Positions 61,145 through 64,000 of a stretch of DNA of 64,000 nucleotides are shown here, in pieces (within the stretch, counting starts at the first letter, position 1; each line of letters starts with the position of its first letter). Location of the stretch: assembly GCA_965207885.1 (NCBI GenBank), contig OZ242311.1:2336001-2400000 (forward strand). The letters run 5' to 3'. A program made the translations under genes and the position numbers. The notes under the pieces were generated by a model. That model saw only the letters and a list, made by a program, of their open reading frames with translations. It was not told where the DNA came from and did no database searches. The DNA is from Candidatus Latescibacterota bacterium (GTDB taxonomy: Bacteria > Latescibacterota > UBA2968).

Positions 61145-62041
61145 TTAATTGTCTTCCCATAGATCAAGACCTAATAGTGTTCGTCCCAGGGGAGACAATT
61201 TTGCTGTCAGGCCAAGTTCGTGTTCCTTTTCTTTCCGGAGTTCCCAGCGCTTACCGGTTACTTCGATAACCAGACCCGCCAGGCGATCTCGCCAGGCCTC
61301 AATCCGATGGTCCCGCGCTTCTTCATCTTCTTCTTGAGCGGGATACATAGTGATGTATTGCGCTACTCTCGGAAGATCGGCCGTATTTGGACTGCTTCCA
61401 TGAGGCAACGCACTGTGCCAGATAATGAGATCTCCCGCCCTGCCTGGAATTGACCGCACGCCCAGGCTTTCGATATCCTGCTGCCGGGGGTCGGCATCCG
61501 GCGGCAGGTCCTTCAGCCACGCCTTGATCTTTCGGTGAAAGCCGGGCACACAGGAGAACGCCCCCTGGTTGGGGGCAGTATCCGTTAGATAGAGCACACC
61601 CTGTACCCAAAATTCGATCGGCAAATCCAACGATGTATCCCAATGGAATTTGCCGGAGTATTTCCAGTCGTCCCGTTCCGGTGGATTCATACTGGCTCTA
61701 TCGATGCTAACCCACAGCTTCTTCGTCCCAAAAATCTCGGCGAACGCCCGATAGACGCGGGGATACTGGCGGTTGTTCCAGAGGGTCTGATCCTGGTACA
61801 TTTCGACCATAATACTCGCACGGGGAGGATTCGGGTACCAGCTTTCTGGATGATCGGGACTCATCCTCAGAAAATCCCAGACTTTTTGTTCGGCTGCTTT
61901 GACCTGATCTGGGGGAACGGCATTGGGAATAACAACATAACCGTTCTCTTCCCAAAAGGTTCGGTCTCCTGTGCTTAAGACGGACATTCCCTCAATCTCC
62001 TTCGCTTTGGCGGCCGACGACTCTTCCGCCACAACCATCAA
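61145..62041 (-). CDS. Phytanoyl-CoA dioxygenase (PhyH) family Fe(II)/2OG enzyme
   Basis: ENGYVVI, HWD, VPGFH and GDLIIWHSALPHGS..N motifs. Confidence 0.9.
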   Translation of the reverse strand: MMVVAEESSAAKAKEIEGMSVLSTGDRTFWEENGYVVIPNAVPPDQVKAAEQKVWDFLRMSPDHPESWYPNPPRASIMVEMYQDQTLWNNRQYPRVYRAFAEIFGTKKLWVSIDRASMNPPERDDWKYSGKFHWDTSLDLPIEFWVQGVLYLTDTAPNQGAFSCVPGFHRKIKAWLKDLPPDADPRQQDIESLGVRSIPGRAGDLIIWHSALPHGSSPNTADLPRVAQYITMYPAQEEDEEARDHRIEAWRDRLAGLVIEVTGKRWELRKEKEHELGLTAKLSPLGRTLLGLDLWEDN

Positions 62042-63411
62042 GCATCTGCAAATTCATACAGAAGCGCAACCGCCGACTTTTCGCATGCCCGCAGGCCCTC
62101 CACTTCGAAATACTCGTTAGGGGCGTGCAATAACCAGCCGTGACCGAGTCCCGACATCACAAAGGGCAGGTTCAACGGGGGCTCGCTGAACAACACCTGC
62201 GGAGCCGTTCCAGGTAATATAGGCACAACTCCAGGCTCGGCGTCTAATCTTCTGAGGGCTCTGACAGCGGCTTGCGCGATATGCTCTTTCGGCGATGTCC
62301 TGGCCGGATCGTATCCGGTCACAAATCTCAGTTCGATGTCGCCATACCCATGCCGGTCCAGGTGGGCGCGTACCTTGTCCAAAATCTCCTGGACAGTCAT
62401 ATCCGGCACCAGCCGGATGTCTATCTTGCACATCGCCGAAGCAGGCACAATCGCCTTGGGGCCGGGCCCAGTGTAGCCGGACAGAAAGCCGTCGATATTC
62501 AGGCCAGGCGCAAAAATCGCTTCTCTGACAAGATCCAGGCCATCAAGCCCTTCACGGAATTCCGTAATACCGTACATCTCCTTGAAGGCGCGGGGCCCCC
62601 AGATATCGATCAGATCGGTGAGCATGCGCTCATCACCCTCAGTGGGAGGCCGTACATTCTCATAAAAACCATCAATCACAATTCGATCGTCGGCCCCGCG
62701 CATAGAATTAAGTGCCCAGATGAGCCGCCACACCGGGCTATTGACCACAGGCCCGACCATGGAATGCGCATCAGTCGGCAGTGTTTTGACCGCCAGTTCA
62801 AAGTAGGCAATGCCTTTGAAACCCAGACTTACCTGCGGATGGCCTTTAACGGTCTCCAATGGGAGATGGTAGTACATCGCATCGGCCGTCTTCAACTCAT
62901 CTGTGTACTGCTCAATAAACTGAGGCAGGTGCCGACTGCCCAATTCCTCCTCACCGTCTATGAGAAAAATGAGGTTGACGGGCACATCACCCGTAACAGC
63001 CTGAATGGAATGGACGGCGTGAATAAAAGCCATCAGCGGTCCCTTGGTGTTTATAGCACCTCGGGCAATGATACGGCCATCCACAATCCTGGCCTCAAAG
63101 GGCGGCGAATCCCAGGCCTCCAGCGGATCTACCGGTTGGACGTCATACATGCCATAGACCAGAAGGGTGCGATCGCTGTTGCTGGACATCAAATGGCCGT
63201 ACACGACGGGATGACCGCCTTTCAGAGGGACCAGCCTCGCGTCTGCACCCAGGTCTCGCAGCATCTCTGCGGTCATTTCGGCACACTTCTGTATCCCCAA
63301 ATTCTCCGTTGAGATGCTGGGTTGGCGAAGATAGCGTTGCGTAGCTGCCAGATGATCGTCGAAATGTTGATCAACATATTCGAAAATCTGTTGAAGTATA
63401 TCCTCTGCCAT
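62038..63411 (-). CDS. M20/M25/M40 metallopeptidase/deacylase
   Basis: YGMYDVQP, ARGAINTKG, GEEELGS and HAPNE; start MAEDIL at 63411. Confidence 0.9.
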   Translation of the reverse strand: MAEDILQQIFEYVDQHFDDHLAATQRYLRQPSISTENLGIQKCAEMTAEMLRDLGADARLVPLKGGHPVVYGHLMSSNSDRTLLVYGMYDVQPVDPLEAWDSPPFEARIVDGRIIARGAINTKGPLMAFIHAVHSIQAVTGDVPVNLIFLIDGEEELGSRHLPQFIEQYTDELKTADAMYYHLPLETVKGHPQVSLGFKGIAYFELAVKTLPTDAHSMVGPVVNSPVWRLIWALNSMRGADDRIVIDGFYENVRPPTEGDERMLTDLIDIWGPRAFKEMYGITEFREGLDGLDLVREAIFAPGLNIDGFLSGYTGPGPKAIVPASAMCKIDIRLVPDMTVQEILDKVRAHLDRHGYGDIELRFVTGYDPARTSPKEHIAQAAVRALRRLDAEPGVVPILPGTAPQVLFSEPPLNLPFVMSGLGHGWLLHAPNEYFEVEGLRACEKSAVALLYEFADA

Positions 63412-63428
63412 TTTTAACGCCCTCTTGA

Positions 63429-64000
63429 TCAAACCTGCGGATACATCTTGTCCTCTAACGCATGCTCTGTCGGCAAGTAATCGCATGTCCCTCGGCCGCC
63501 ATCCACCAGGATAACCTCGCCGGTGATAAAGCGCGCAGATGGGGACGCCAAAAATACAACGATTCCGGCGACATCCTCCGGCTCTCCGATGTGCCCGAGG
63601 GCAACGCGCTCGGCCTGTGCCTTTTCAGCGCCGGGCGTGAGCGCATCGCCCCAAATGTCGGTCCGAATCGCACCGGGTGCCACGGCGTTGACTGTAATCC
63701 CATACTGCCCCAGATCCCGGGCACAACACCGGGTAAAGGCCTCCATCGCACCCTTGGAGGCGCTGTAGGCGGCTCTCGCAATCCAGCCCAGGCGGGCGTT
63801 GAGCGAACTGATATTGATGATCCGTCCACCGTCCCCAACATCGACCATAACCCGAGCCGCGATTTGCGTGCAGAGAAAGCACCCCCGGGCATTCACCGCA
63901 AAAATCCGCTCCCAATCGGCATCGGTTGTATCGAGAACGGATACGGCGACATCTATACCGGCGTTGTTGACCAGAATATCGATACCGCCAAAACGTTGAA
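63429..64000 (-). CDS. SDR oxidoreductase, 5' end outside the window
   Basis: GIDILVNNAG near the window end; YSASK, VNAVAPG and VDGG motifs. Confidence 0.88.
   Translation of the reverse strand, partial: QRFGGIDILVNNAGIDVAVSVLDTTDADWERIFAVNARGCFLCTQIAARVMVDVGDGGRIINISSLNARLGWIARAAYSASKGAMEAFTRCCARDLGQYGITVNAVAPGAIRTDIWGDALTPGAEKAQAERVALGHIGEPEDVAGIVVFLASPSARFITGEVILVDGGRGTCDYLPTEHALEDKMYPQV

Overview
Bacterial genomic window rich in catabolic genes: GH106-like glycosidase, sulfatase, amidohydrolases, enolase-superfamily dehydratases, Gfo/Idh/MocA oxidoreductases and sugar ABC transport. It also carries TPR/FG-GAP/ASPIC repeat proteins and a tandem-Cache lipoprotein. The content resembles marine or sponge-associated Latescibacterota/Poribacteria-like genomes (weak inference). 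The most striking feature is a 2,766-bp IS1-family element (31916-34681; 29-bp TIRs with 1 mismatch, 8-bp TSD TATTTTTG) that splits an S9 peptidase gene. It carries three passenger ORFs and a dense non-coding layer: six sigma70-like promoters, a ~135-nt nested RNA structure and two apparent antisense small-RNA units. Other notable items are a three-gene MotA/TolQ/ExbB-type module with unusual partners, a low-GC ABC-ATPase + TOPRIM-like (PARIS/OLD-like) pair, and a type II TA locus with a frameshifted toxin. No rRNA, tRNA or CRISPR array was seen. All family calls come from motif recognition by eye, not database searches.
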